A stretch of DNA of 64,000 nucleotides, taken from Tubulanus polymorphus (taxonomy: Eukaryota > Animalia > Nemertea). Below the pieces are notes generated by a model, which did no database searches, was not told the DNA's origin, and saw only the letters and a list, made by a program, of their open reading frames with translations. Made by a program: the position numbers and the translations under genes. Position 1 is the stretch's first letter; each line of letters starts with the position of its first letter. Shown in pieces: positions 40,501 through 52,485 of the stretch. Location of the stretch: the NCBI RefSeq assembly GCF_964204645.1, contig NC_134031.1, positions 1,674,001 to 1,738,000 on the forward strand, given 5' to 3'.

Positions 40501-43337
40501 ATCAATCTAACATCTTTAAAACTAAACGTCATTTTTTGACTTAAGTCGCATGTGCAGCTCTCTATACATCTTCCACATCTCAATAATTCTTAAATTGTGA
40601 TGATGTTTACAAGGAATGAGAGATGATATCAACTCACCGTTCAAGTTAAACAAGCAACTGCAAGAATTTTTCTACATATCACATCATCGTTCTCCTCGTT
40701 ATTTACCAGATATAATATGGAGGACTCCGGTCTCCGGTCAATATATTCATATGAAATTCAATGATGTGCTATTGTACAGTGACAGACCTGAGGGGTAAAT
40801 ATCGGCTATATCTACATGAGTCGAGATGTATTACAGCTCAGCCTGTATTACGTCTTTTCACTTTCATCTGCATAGATCTAGATGACATGAAGGTAGATAG
40901 ATACTGCCGAGGGTAAACGACAACCATCTTCATCGATATCAAATCCTTTTGACTGAGGCGTAGCTTTAAACGTAATTGAGCTAGACAATTACCAACCGTC
41001 CTTTTGTTTCATCTGTTTCAAATGAATAGATAAGAGCTGCAGCCCTGGTAGAATATCAGACCTGACTCTAGTAACTTCCTTCTCAAAAACGAGGACAATA
41101 ATGTATCAGACACAACGTACTGGTTGTGCATGCCATGATGATACCATAATATCAAGAGTCAATTCAGCATCCTGCCGTCTGCACGCTAGAGAGATGAGAC
41201 TTATGAAATCTTCTAAGCTGCCTTATCACCATATTGATTTTTATAAAATACAATTTCTTGAACAATGAGATTCATCCATTCCAGATATTTGGATCTATCA
41301 ACTTCAGCCTGATAGCGACCAATATGTAATGGGGGAGATACTATAAGCACTGTAAACCATATTTTCATCGTCTGCTAACAATTTAATCAATTATTCATAA
41401 AGAAGATAAATACAGACAGTGTGAATACAGACAGTGTGAATACAGACAGTGTGAATACAGACAGTGTGAATACAGACAGTGTGAATACAGACAGTGTGAA
41501 TACAGACAGTGTGAATACAGACAGTGTGAATACAGACAGTGTGAATACAGACAGTGTGAATACAGACAGTGTGAATACAGACAGTGTGAATACAGACAGT
41601 GTGAATACAGACAGTGTGAATACAGACAGTGTGAATACAGACAGTGTGAATACAGACAGTGTGAATACAGACAGTGTGAATACAGACAGTGTGAATACAG
41701 ACAATGTGAATACAGACAGTGTGAATACAGACAGTGTGAATACAGACAGTGTGAATACAGACAGTGTGAATACAGACAGTGTGAATACAGACAGTGTGAA
41801 TACAGACAGTGTGAATACAGACAGTGTGAATACAGACAGTGTGAATACAGACAGTGTGAATACAGACAGTGCGTTTTGTTTCTAAAGTATTGATTTTCTC
41901 TTTGGTGAGAATAAACTGATTGTTCATCTCGAATATTCAACGGTTATGAAATTCTCTACTGCTCATCGTCGTGTCACTGCGTACGTTGAGGTAATAACAA
42001 ACACCGACTGCAACCGACCGTGGTTTTTATCGTGAACATTGATTAAAGATCTGCGCTGCGTGTGAGAAAGTCGTTCCAGAATTTAAATAGGATTTTCTCT
42101 AGTGATCGATGATGCAGATGTGTTTAGATGATGCTGTCGTATGTGTGGGGGATGTGGGGGATGTGGGGGAGTGGGGATAACAAAATGAATGAAACTAATC
42201 AACTATGCGTTCACGGTGTGAGGGATGGGAGGGGGGGGGTGTTTGCAAATTAATCAAATCATTTATGGTAATATTTGCATAAAAGGTGAAAATAACAACT
42301 TTAGAGTTTAATGGAGATCTCACGTCAGAAAGATCGACTTTCATGAAAAATAATGATAATATTAAACCCTTTTGCTGTGTATACACTCGCACTGCCCAAT
42401 GTGTACTGCATTTTCTGAAAAAAATTCCTAATTTTCAATTTTATTTCGTGGGCCTACAAAATTGTCATGCATTTACTTCACTACTGTTTGTAGTTTGAGC
42501 TGAAAATCAATCGGTGCATGATGTTTACAAAGTCATGAGCAGCAAAAGGGTTAAAGTACAGCCAGATGATACAACTGCATCATACATACAGGCCTATTAT
42601 CTGCTTTAAATAATTTCGACGCCAAACTGCAAATTCTAAATGATGAAGACTTTTTACATTACTAGTCCTAACACAACACCAGTTCTAATTGGAGAAGTGC
42701 TAGGATAAAAAAAAGATCTTCAATATTCTTCCTCCCTCCCCAGCTGGACTTGCATTAGGCCTATCAAAACTTCAGCTTAAGTCGTCATGGTTGGGATTTG
42801 ATCACTTATCCAAATCATGACTTTGCTAAGAAAATTAATTAGAAATAAAAAATTGGGACTTAGAACTAGGGATGACTTTCAGTAGTTCTCCGAATGATGA
42901 CTTACAACACTAAGTAAGTAGCTTCATTTCATCAGGTAGGCTAAAAACTAAGTAGTCTGAATTGGAAAAAAAGTTTTTGAAAAGAGACAATGAACAGTGA
43001 TGTGATCGCTTTAATAATATACAGATGATGACTCAAGTGAGATTGACTGTCTATAGACTATACATAAAAGACCTCAAATAAAAGATTTAAAGAAAAAAAT
43101 AAGCAGACTTCCTACCTGACTATCATTGTAAACCATTTCTAATCTATATTCCGGTAATATATCAGTTTGATTATTGATATCATCCAATGCTAGTAGAGCT
43201 GATGGTAAACAGCCCTGTCCGCCGGCCCATGATCCGGTCATCGGGAATATTCCACCGACGTATAACGTCTTTTCTTTATAACCAACATTGAGTCCGATTA
43301 TAACGAAAATGACAATCGCTTGACTGAAGTAGATCAT
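28533..43337 (-). CDS. GABBR1: Metabotropic GABA-B receptor subunit 1 (class C GPCR, no sushi domains), about 16 exons
   Basis: Signal peptide then [31 protein letters not shown]; [48 protein letters not shown]; [13 protein letters not shown]; 7TM exons incl. [39 protein letters not shown] and [40 protein letters not shown] coiled coil, matching the invertebrate R1 pattern. Confidence 0.93.
29759..29950 (+). mobile_element. Short insertion with hammerhead-like core, flanked by 12-bp direct repeat (Penelope-like/retrozyme-type remnant)
   Basis: taagaaaatagt at 29747-29758 and 29951-29962; core CTGACGA-T-GATCTC-tagtgt-GAGATC-GAAAC-atcgt-GTA at about 29798-29836. Confidence 0.6.
31511..31756. 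mobile_element. Palindromic insertion with hammerhead-like core, flanked by 15-bp direct repeat
   Basis: acaatatgctcaata at 31496-31510 and 31757-31771; inverted arms; core CTGAAGA-T-GACTGT-taggat-ATAGTC-GAAAC-gtcga-GTA at about 31652-31690. Confidence 0.65.
32690..32722 (-). other. Candidate 33-nt cassette microexon of GABA-B1 ([11 protein letters not shown])
   Basis: Long polypyrimidine acceptor (tcatttcctttcatttcctctcacgcag), CAG|GTGAGT donor, phase 0/0 matching the flanking exons. Confidence 0.55.
35951..36019. repeat. Imperfect (GA)n microsatellite
   Basis: Direct inspection. Confidence 0.9.
38510..38927. repeat. Pyrimidine-rich (CTCTGC/CCCACT) low-complexity tandem repeat
   Basis: Hexamer-based array with larger internal duplications in GABA-B1 intron 1. 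Confidence 0.9.
39642..39997. repeat. 26-bp minisatellite (accaataccgatacaacRctctacac), about 13 copies
   Basis: Direct inspection. Confidence 0.95.
41409..41871. repeat. 15-bp minisatellite (aatacagacagtgtg), about 31 near-perfect copies
   Basis: Direct inspection; single variant unit near 41704. Confidence 0.97.
42367..42550. mobile_element. piggyBac-like MITE
   Basis: ttaaa-CCCTTTTGCTG...CAGCAAAAGGG-ttaa. Confidence 0.65.
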
Positions 43338-44349
43338 TGTGACTGAATCAGACTCCTGGAGACGAGCAAACTGAAATATAATCAACAGATTATTTGTAAT
43401 TCTGAATCGAAAATAAAAAGATTGTACTGTCTGAAATTAAATCTGATGCTTTTTTGCAGTAGCATGAGCCTAAACCACTAAATAATAATTTTGTTTATGA
43501 GCAGACAGCAAGAATTTGAATGATTTAGAGATTCAATCATTGTTACAAAGGAAAAACAGTCTAAAGAGATTCGATATTAGGTTAGCATTTTAACATATTG
43601 TAAGGATATGATAGGGAGAATGGGGGAGAAGTCGAGAGATGGGGTGTTCGGGGATGTTCGGACGGGTCAGGAGAAGTGACATTTCGGATGAATCTTGTCC
43701 TAAAAATTCATTATTCGTTACATTTCAGAGGATGAAACCAGTTTTAAATTTAACTTACGACATTTATTTATAAACAGAGCTTTGTTAAATCATGTATAAA
43801 TAATCCATCAGTCAGTGAAACTGGATTTTGTACCCGATTTCTCGCGCAGATCGGGCAAGATTAAAATCACTGTGTGAAATACGTCATCGATTTATGCGCA
43901 CACACTCAGTGCTAAAACGCGGATGCGGACTTGTAAATCCTTATCCTGCGTATTCCATTATCCGAAGTGTGGAGAATAAATTCAATTCAATTAAATTTTA
44001 TTCAAAAAGTTCCAGCGTCCAATTTCACTAGTTTTTACATGTCTTATACCGTTAGATTCGAATGCAATTCGATCATTTAGTAAGATTTAATATATTTCTT
44101 CATGTCAGTTATTTAAAACTAGATTTTAGTTGCGTTAATTCAAAAGAATATGGTTTTATCGTCGATAGCACACTGAATCAATTCAACCAAATACAATTAT
44201 ATTGTACATTTTTACGTACACGCCTGTAAATAAGATGAGACATGGCTTACTTTATCCAGGAATGAGGGTAGGGTAAAAACGGGTGTTTGCTAGGTATTCT
44301 TCCAATAATTGTTCATTTTCTCTGGTGTAGGGGGAGATATATTCAAAAA

Positions 44350-47063
44350 ATGTCTGCGTCGGCGTTCCTCAATTTGCGCCCTTCGGCTTCTTGTCGTTGG
44401 CTTCCACATCATCTCTTGAGAACAAGATGCCTCCAACTCCAGCAGCAGCCTCACCTTCAGAGTCGATATAAATCCAGCACATCAAACTCAGCATCTCGGC
44501 CTTCACCATCGCCGTATGAAGCAAAATCGGCTTTATTTGTTAGTAATGAAATTGCACAAGCGACACTAAGCAGTAACCTTCAACTAGATCTCGGACTCGA
44601 AAACAGGATCAATGAACTAGAAACCTTAGAAAGAAATGTAAAACGAAGAAAACTGACAATTGATTTAGTTTCTTTTGTAAGTATATTGTTTCCTTTGTAA
44701 GTAAATTCTGTAGTATCTTGATTATTTTTTGTAAGTACATGTAGGCTATCTGGTATCGAAATGAAGTGTCTACAGGATGTTGTACTTCAAGCAGAAACGA
44801 TCATTTCTTTTTTGTAGGAAAAATCTTATCGGAATTACTGCGAATTGAACTCGAAACTGAATAAACTGAATGAAAACAGAAAAACTGTGGCGAAGAAAAT
44901 GGGAGAATTAAAGAAAGACAAGGTAAACAAAATATTCCATGTTTTTCCTTAAAGTAATATTGACAGAAATGTTTTAATTTCGATCAATAGATGAATGTAG
45001 AAGTCAAAAAGAAGTTGATCGCAAAAGGAAAGTCTTTGAAAGAACAGCACAAGTTACTGTCGGTGAGTAAGCCTTCAATCTTTGTGACTTTACTTCATCA
45101 AATTTCTAACACATTTAGCTATCGGGTCTGTGGATGTTTTGTAGAAGGAATATTGGGAAATAGAAGAGAAAGTGATGTTAACTGCCCTAAATCTACCGAA
45201 TGTATTGAGTAAGAATTCGGTAAGTTCTCCCAGCAGTTTTACAGCCCCTACTGAATGACAAACTAAACCAGCTTAAATTTGTTGTATTTATATTTTGACA
45301 GCCCGATACTGATGAAGTCATTCGCAATTTTGGAGATGATTTCATCTCGCATCAAACATCTGTATGTCTTAATCATGCCGAACTATGTGAAGAAAGAAAC
45401 TTATTGAAATTTTGGTAAGTCTTCTGAATAGGAGAGCATCTATTTTACGTAATAAAATCATATATACCAATGAATAAATTTTCTGATTTTAACAGTAAGT
45501 TTAGCCCTGGAGGATACTATATGCGAGGTGAATTAGCCGTTATGGAGCTATCCATCTTGGAATTGATGAGGAATGAAATGGATAATCACAGTTTCACAAG
45601 TATGATTTGTCCGAATATGTTTCGTACTCTGGTCATCGTAAGTTACAAGACTCGTCAGAAAAGTTAAAATTTCCTTTTGCTCGCAAACATTTACATTTAA
45701 CGTTACATTCATACATTTATTGGTTTATTCCACAGGAAGCAAGCGGGCATAAATTGTCAGATCCGAAAGATGTATTCATCTTAGAATCTAAGAATGCTGA
45801 TTTGAGCAGTAAATATGAAAACTTATTCCATTTATGTGGAGCTTCTTTGTCATCATTCTCAGGTATGTTTTAATTTCATATCTTAGTGAACATTCAAGAT
45901 ATTTCAGTCCAGGTTCTTACAGATCAGGGAATTCTCAATTCATATTTCCCTGCAGAGAAAGTCAGAGAATTCTGGAAATGGAATTTTTGGTGAACCTCTT
46001 GATAAGAAACAGCCCCACTGAGGATATCTTATAATTTAATCAGAATTTTTGGTCAAGAATATCAGTATTTTGGATTCCCTTATCTAAAATAAAGATTCAG
46101 TCATGTTATTTCAGCCTATTTAACAAAGATGAGTTTACGAAAAGAACAACTACCAATGCGTGCCTACACTCAGGGTAGAAGTTACTCACCAGGTATGAAC
46201 GAAGTCCTAGGCTTAAACTAAGTTTTCTATATAGATACAAATACCATGAAATATTTATTACAGTTTCAGATGAAGATCTTAATAAAGAATCTCTGATCAA
46301 TGTTCAACAGGAATCAACAGTACGTAACAAAACCATATTTCGCTTAATATCAATCTCCACTGGTGAAGTATTCTCAAAAATGATTACATTTACAGATCCA
46401 TGTCTGTGTCGCGTGTGAAACTGGGGAAGAAACAGACTCGGAATTCGAACAATTAGTCGAAAAAATGTGGAATATTTATACAAAATTTCAGTTACCTATC
46501 AGGTAAAAACAGTCAATAGAAACTGCATGGATTTCTGAATGTGAAAATACATTGATTTTCTATTGTTTGTAGGTTGGTTAATGTATCGGCGCAGAACTTA
46601 CGATCCTGTGAATATGAGAGGCGTAATATCGATGTTTGGATACCGAGTATCAATAGTTATATTACTATTGCTTACTTAGCTAATTATAGAGATTTTATCA
46701 GTAGAAGATTGACGATTACTAGTTCACCAAACAAACTTCATTTAAACATCGTAAGTATTTTAATATCCGCTAGTTCTAGAAGTCTCAAGGGAATTTAACC
46801 AAAGTCTAGTTATATAACAGGACAGACTTTTCTTCGAGCTTTGAAACAATGATTATTCATCATTTTCAGATTCATGGTAAACTGGTGTCAGTTCCGAAAC
46901 TTCTTGCTGCAATCATCGAAAACTATGAACAGGTATTTACATTCATATCTAGTTGTGAAGCTAGAAGACTCTTCACGCTCATTATAACTGTAAATTGTTT
47001 CAGATCGATCCGAAAAAGTTACAGATACCTGAAGTATTAAACAGAAGCTCATTAAACTCATGA
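44350..47063 (+). CDS. Mitochondrial seryl-tRNA synthetase-like protein (SLIMP type, catalytically degenerate), about 13 short exons
   Basis: Presequence, SALFVSNE..LDL..NVKRRKLTIDL, coiled-coil arm, LNLPN, GYYMRGELAVME, QLPMRAYTQGRSY, IDVWIPS..LANYRDFISRRL, IHGKLVSVPKLLAAIIENYEQ: SerRS fold but TxE loop, motif 2 FRxE/HQF and motif 3 Arg are absent. Confidence 0.85.
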
Positions 47064-47678
47064 CACACGAAAATTGTGGAAATCTATGTGTAAAATAAAT
47101 TATTATCTATTATGAATATGAATGGAATTTATCAATTTGGTTCTCAGCTCATTAGCTATATTCAGATAAGTCAAAAAGTAACACTTTTCTGCACTTTTTG
47201 ACATTTTTGGTGAAAAATAAGCACAAATCAGTGCTTTAACAATTTTTTCTGAAAATTAGCACGAAGTAGACTCACTAAAAACCATATGACTATAAGGCTT
47301 AGAACAATCAGCAAAGAAAATGAACTATGAAGTTTCTACATGTTGATTGATGTGCCCACACACAAATATATTTTACTTTTAATACAAAAACTTACATTTC
47401 ATGTTTACAAATATTTACATCGTAAGATTTCATTTTTGAGTGACAATTAAAATTTGCTTGATGAAGTTTCAGGACTCGGAAGATCGGGTCAAGCTTTAAG
47501 CTGATCTTCTATCAAATTAAGAAAAACTAACTACTTTTAGTTGAACATAGGTTTGGAATTAAGCCTGAACGAACCCTTGAAATATTCACAGAGGGACACT
47601 TCCGTTGTTGGCTTGCGAGTTTGAAATGTTTTTTATAGAATGACTAGTCGATAATGTTCGCTGCTAATGAAGCCGCCA

Positions 47679-50515
47679 TCATAAAATCTGCAGCCGAATG
47701 GATTGACGGTTTATAACATCTTCAGGCATACAGAATACTGGATTCACTGCTTTTATTCCTGAATATCCGAGTAATGATAATCCAGTTATACCGAACAATG
47801 TATGAAACGGATCAACCTAAAATCAACGTAGAAAATCAGTTAGCGATTGACTTCAGAATACGGTAAAAGCCCTGTTTAATGCCACTGTTGGGACAGAGGA
47901 ATAACATCGCATTGTTAAATACCATTGAATCTGAGTTAGATTGAGTAGATTTGTTCATCCCTGAAAAATGTAGGCGTTAAAACGGATGGCGTTGACTGTA
48001 CTAAGAATTAATCTATAGCCTGGAACCTGAATTATTTCAATACTTTATCACCATTCTTCTAATTTTTGATCGTCCACACTTCACACGTGTTTAGGACTTC
48101 ATCAGTGACATTTTTAATTGAAAATGAACTACAAACACCACACATTAGACATTTTATCAGCAACCTTTCAAAAACTTATCGTCATGATGGTGAGTGTGTG
48201 AAGGAATGGTTCAGGGTTACAGATTGATACTTGTATTAGGAGGAACTGAATTTTTTGAAATAGTTTACTGACCATATCACCCGGTCTGTCGGCAAATCCA
48301 CCGGTTTCATCATCTTGACACGCTAATATAAACTTGATCAGTTTATCTTTATCGATCCAGTGAATTCGACCGATTATTTTCAACGACGCTAAAACCCACC
48401 ACGAATAGCAGACGTCCGGTAATTTTTCAGGTCGCCCTGAGAAAATAAATCAATATGAATTACATCGAAATCTGTCGAGGAATGCGAGGCTTACTGTTTA
48501 TGATTTCAAATTTGGAGCGAGTTAAACTTGATGTACGAGATCTTACCATTCAGTCCCCCTGACGGAAGCTGCCTTTCACATAACCACCAGCCTAACATAT
48601 CCACATTTACTAAATCCAGTCGACCAAGAATGGACAGTAACCCTATGCAACAGTATATCTGAAATATATGGTCCAACGTTTATGAATGAAGGAAAAACCC
48701 AAAATCATGAAGAAAACCTAAAAGAGTAGTAATTCTATGAGTAATTCTATTTTTTATAAATATTTCATTTTCAAACCTCAGAATTGTGTTGAAAATGGCT
48801 GAAGCATCCATACTTATTTCAGCAAATTTGTGGATATGATCTTCAATTATAGACAGTCACTCATCTATGGAATATCTGATGATATTGTAGAATTCAGGTA
48901 TGGAGGAATTTATTGATTACCTGTCCGGAATGTGATTCACTACCAGGTCTACAACCAAACCCTCCGTCGTAATTCATACAGGATACGACAAACTCAACAG
49001 CTTTAACTGTGTTAATAGCATCGAGTCTATTCTGAAAATCATAATATCATCAATCAGATTTTGTCACAATATAGAATAGATTATGAACATGATTAAATCT
49101 ACTTACTAATAACGATAAACACGCGACTGCACAAAAACTAAATCTGGTATCAATTTCCCCTGAAAACGAACACAAAATCAATCACAAAAAGTCTATGATT
49201 AGAAAAGCTGAATCTTGATTGAATTTTTACCCCATTTGTCGCCCATAAAACTGCCGTCATTTTGTTGTAAACGACTAATGAAATTTACAACTCCATCGAC
49301 ATCGATGCAATCACACGCGTCGTACAAAGTTAAAATCTGAAAATCAAATAGAGTTCATGAGGTCACAGAAACATGTGTCTTCCACAATTAGTGCGAATCA
49401 GTTCATTCCAGTCGCAGTGAGTTATTAACTCCGAGTCAAATTTTAACTCACATCTGTGGAACTGGGTTCAGAGTTAACTCTTTAACTCACAACTGTGGAA
49501 CTGGATTCAGAGTTAACTCTTTAACTCACAACTGTGGAACTGGGTTCAGAGTTAACTCTTTAACTCACAACTGTGGAACTGGGTTCAGAGTTAACTCTTT
49601 AACTCACAACTGTGGAACTGGACCCTGTATAAGAGATTTTCTTCAACATTGTGCATATTCTATATCGATTCCTCCATTTGATTTTGAAAGATACCTGAAT
49701 AGCGCTGAGTGTATAGAGTAAATGAGGGTCATGTCCTATACTAGCACCGATTCCACCGCATTCGTGTTGACATCGTTTTATAAACGATAAAACTTCATCT
49801 TTATTCATTCGATGAAGTTGATTCATCAAATCCATTACCGTTAAACCCCAATACATTCCACTCATTCTTAAATATTCCGTCATCACATATTCCTAAAACA
49901 ACAACAACAACAAAAACATAGCATTTCATTCAAAAATTCACACGATCATTAGAAATATATATGCAAGTCATTTGAGATTTGAAAGTTTTGAGGAGAGGTT
50001 TATCTGTCTGTCTGTGGTTGTTTCACGTTGGTCCAAACCACTTTGGAATAAGCCCATCTGATTACAAAAGCTAACTATCAATGATTTAGGTGTAACTAAC
50101 TAGTTTGACTTTTTTGGGACAACATTATAGGCCTACTCACATACTCATGACAAGAAGGTTATAATTTATACTCACATAATCATTAGTTTTAGCGCCGTAT
50201 TCAGCTATATAATCAGCATGTTTATCAAGCAGTAAACTGTTCACATTATCGGGTATTTTTACATCCTTCATTGGTGTACCCTAAAAACCATATCAACAAT
50301 TTTGAAAAATATTGATTAAATGAGTTGACAAAGTGAAAATTGAAGGCCAGGGTCAGGGAAACTGGGCAGGGCCTCCCCCAGAATTGTCAGAAATAGAAGA
50401 TATTTCAGCATTAACCTCTTATTTGAATCGATAGTTTTCAACATAAACATCATCAAAAGAGAAAGAAATGAATCGGAAATTTGTGAAGTATCTGTAAATA
50501 AGTTAAAAATACCAT
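47679..50515 (-). CDS. RABGGTB: Rab geranylgeranyltransferase beta subunit
   Basis: ATG-only first coding exon (50513-50515), [103 protein letters not shown]. Confidence 0.96.
49443..49626. repeat. 39-bp tandem array derived from the end of the GGGCC/ctgtggaactggg MITE
   Basis: ttaactcacaactgtggaactgggttcagagttaactct repeated 4-5 times; unit matches terminus of the element at 16070-16168. Confidence 0.85.
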
Positions 50516-50619
50516 AATTGCTCCTGTAAACTTCACAATTCAATCCAATTTGTTGAAATAGTTCGGTGTTTGGCTCCATCCAACATTTCCCGACTCTGGA
50601 TACAAGCTGGTTAGGTCAG

Positions 50620-50766
50620 TAGATGGCGCTGATTGAGCTAGGGTTAGGGTTTCGATTAGTGAGCCATCCACAATCGGCAATCCATAGTCGGGAAATCTCT
50701 GGACTCCCAGAGTGACGTCATCAGGGAGGATTCCCCACTTCAGAGTGACGTCAATCAGCGAGGATT
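50620..50766. promoter_or_regulatory. Bidirectional RABGGTB/CSNK2B promoter: YY1-like AGATGGCG plus two full CRE palindromes
   Basis: TGACGTCA at 50713-50720 and 50746-50753 inside a duplicated cagagtgacgtca(a)tcagSgaggatt unit; non-coding CSNK2B exon ends CAG|GTAGG at about 50883. Confidence 0.65.
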
Positions 50767-51619
50767 TCGGGCGACGCGTTAATGGTGTATTTTACTGGTG
50801 CGACTGGTTGATAATTAAACGCGTTTCACTGGTCGAATTAAGCGTCACCTGAGTTTATGGTCACGTCTAATAGAAGTATCCAGGTAGGAAAATCAATATT
50901 CAGCAGTTAATCGATGATATACGATCGTTAAATCAGTAATCCGAACGGTTTTAGATCGAAGTGTAGTCTGTCATTAATCCTTTCACTTTTTAAAGATTAA
51001 CGCAATTTCACGAGTCTCGTATCAAATATTTCACCTTCTAAACGTTTTCACAAACCTGTAACTAGCGCCAAGTTACTTGAGGTTTATAAGTATTGAAAGA
51101 GTGAGGTTTTTTGTTATTCTTTTTTGCGTGTGGTGGACGCGGTTTGGAAGTGGTGTTCACAATTCTATCCAAAATATAGGCCTGAACTCGGCAGTCTTTC
51201 ATACTCCCCTCATACTTCCCCGTTCCTCCTGTCGTGCTCGGCTTTCCTGACTCCTCAAACCAGTTCTCACTCCCCTTGCTCCTCCCCCTCCCTCCAGCTC
51301 CCCTTGTACCACATCAATAATCAGTCATCAGGATAATATGTATTGTAATTATAGGTGTGTAATAGATAATCATTTATTGAACTCTGCTCTTAAGAAGAAT
51401 CAGCTCTGACACAATAAACATGTATTTACTAATTATCAGAGGAAGGGAATAAGCTGTGTATTCACTCGCATATAGGTTCAATATCATTGTCTAATATCAG
51501 ATCTGTGTCTTATTAAATCACTGCGAGACTTCCTTCCATCATCATCGCCAGACGCGTCCGTCTATCAGTTCGTCTTAAACGGGATTATCTCGGCGGATTA
51601 AAATAATCGATATAAAGAG

Positions 51620-51825
51620 ATGTTAGTCGGATTAACTTTGAGTAATAAATATCGCGAACCGGGTTTGAGAAATGCCGACGCGAAGTTACTCAATAAATTA
51701 CCGACGAATATGAATCGTAACAAAGATAATCGTAAATTTGATCGGACGATGACGAATCAAAAACAAGCTCGTAAATTACCGCCGTTATTTTTTAGCGGTA
51801 AATCGAAAGTCGGTCACATAACTCA
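51620..51825 (+). other. Candidate alternative first coding exon of CSNK2B (N-terminal extension)
   Basis: ATG 51620 open to CA|GTAAGT at 51825/51826; splices in frame to acceptor at 52457/52458. Confidence 0.5.
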
Positions 51826-52485
51826 GTAAGTTTAGCGGTACAAGTTTAAACAGTTTTAGCTCTATTATTTTGGGTGGATGAACTTAAAAGTCAGATTAAC
51901 GAGAATTCTGAATTGGAACATAATATTTTACATAACCGCATACGTTTGGACATATGTATAAATGGAAGCATGTAATATCCTGTAAACATCAAAATCTAGA
52001 TTAAATTGGTTTGAGTTTATTTCTGCATTTAAGTTGATGTCGTTAGTTTGGGTCTTACTGTTCAGGCTTCATTAATTAGGTTTAAATACATTGTTCAACA
52101 ATTTGTTGTAAATCCATTGGTTTTGCTTTAGTGTCTCTATGACCCAAAACGTGCTGATCATATGTGATTAGTTCAGGTGTTTGACAGTCTTTATAGAAAC
52201 ACTCTTGTCCAGCATTTATGAAATTAGCCTGTCTTGTTACTACTGGTTGGTAACTAAGGTAATTTGGAGTACCTCAGACATAATTCATAAAAAGATGATG
52301 ACCGTAAAGAATTATTTCATGTCCAATGCTATATTGGATTTTTAGTAGTTTTAATTAAGTGCAACCACCGTTTGACCGCTGTATTGAGCCTTAGTTCATG
52401 AACTCAAGCCGATGAAACTCGTTCAGATAATCTTGTATTTTCTCGCTTTTATTTCAGAACTTGTTACAGACTTTATAAAGAAGAG

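Noticed and set aside
41387-41940. Long ORFs (SVFTL, VCIHT, HCLYS, NTDSV repeats)
   Set aside because: By-products of a stop-free 15-bp minisatellite in an intron; also not a CRISPR array because there are no unique spacers.
44350-47063. Calling this gene SARS2
   Set aside because: Catalytic class II motifs are missing; SLIMP-like fits better.
48715-48870. Possible intronic C/D snoRNA (vertebrate RABGGTB hosts U45); TAGAATTACT occurs twice on the minus strand
   Set aside because: The guide-like 10-mer is not followed by a D box and no canonical RUGAUGA box with terminal stem was found; needs an Infernal/snoscan run.
49686-49696. GTATCTTT donor resembling a U12 5' splice site in RABGGTB
   Set aside because: One mismatch to GTATCCTT and no TCCTTAAC branch site near the acceptor.
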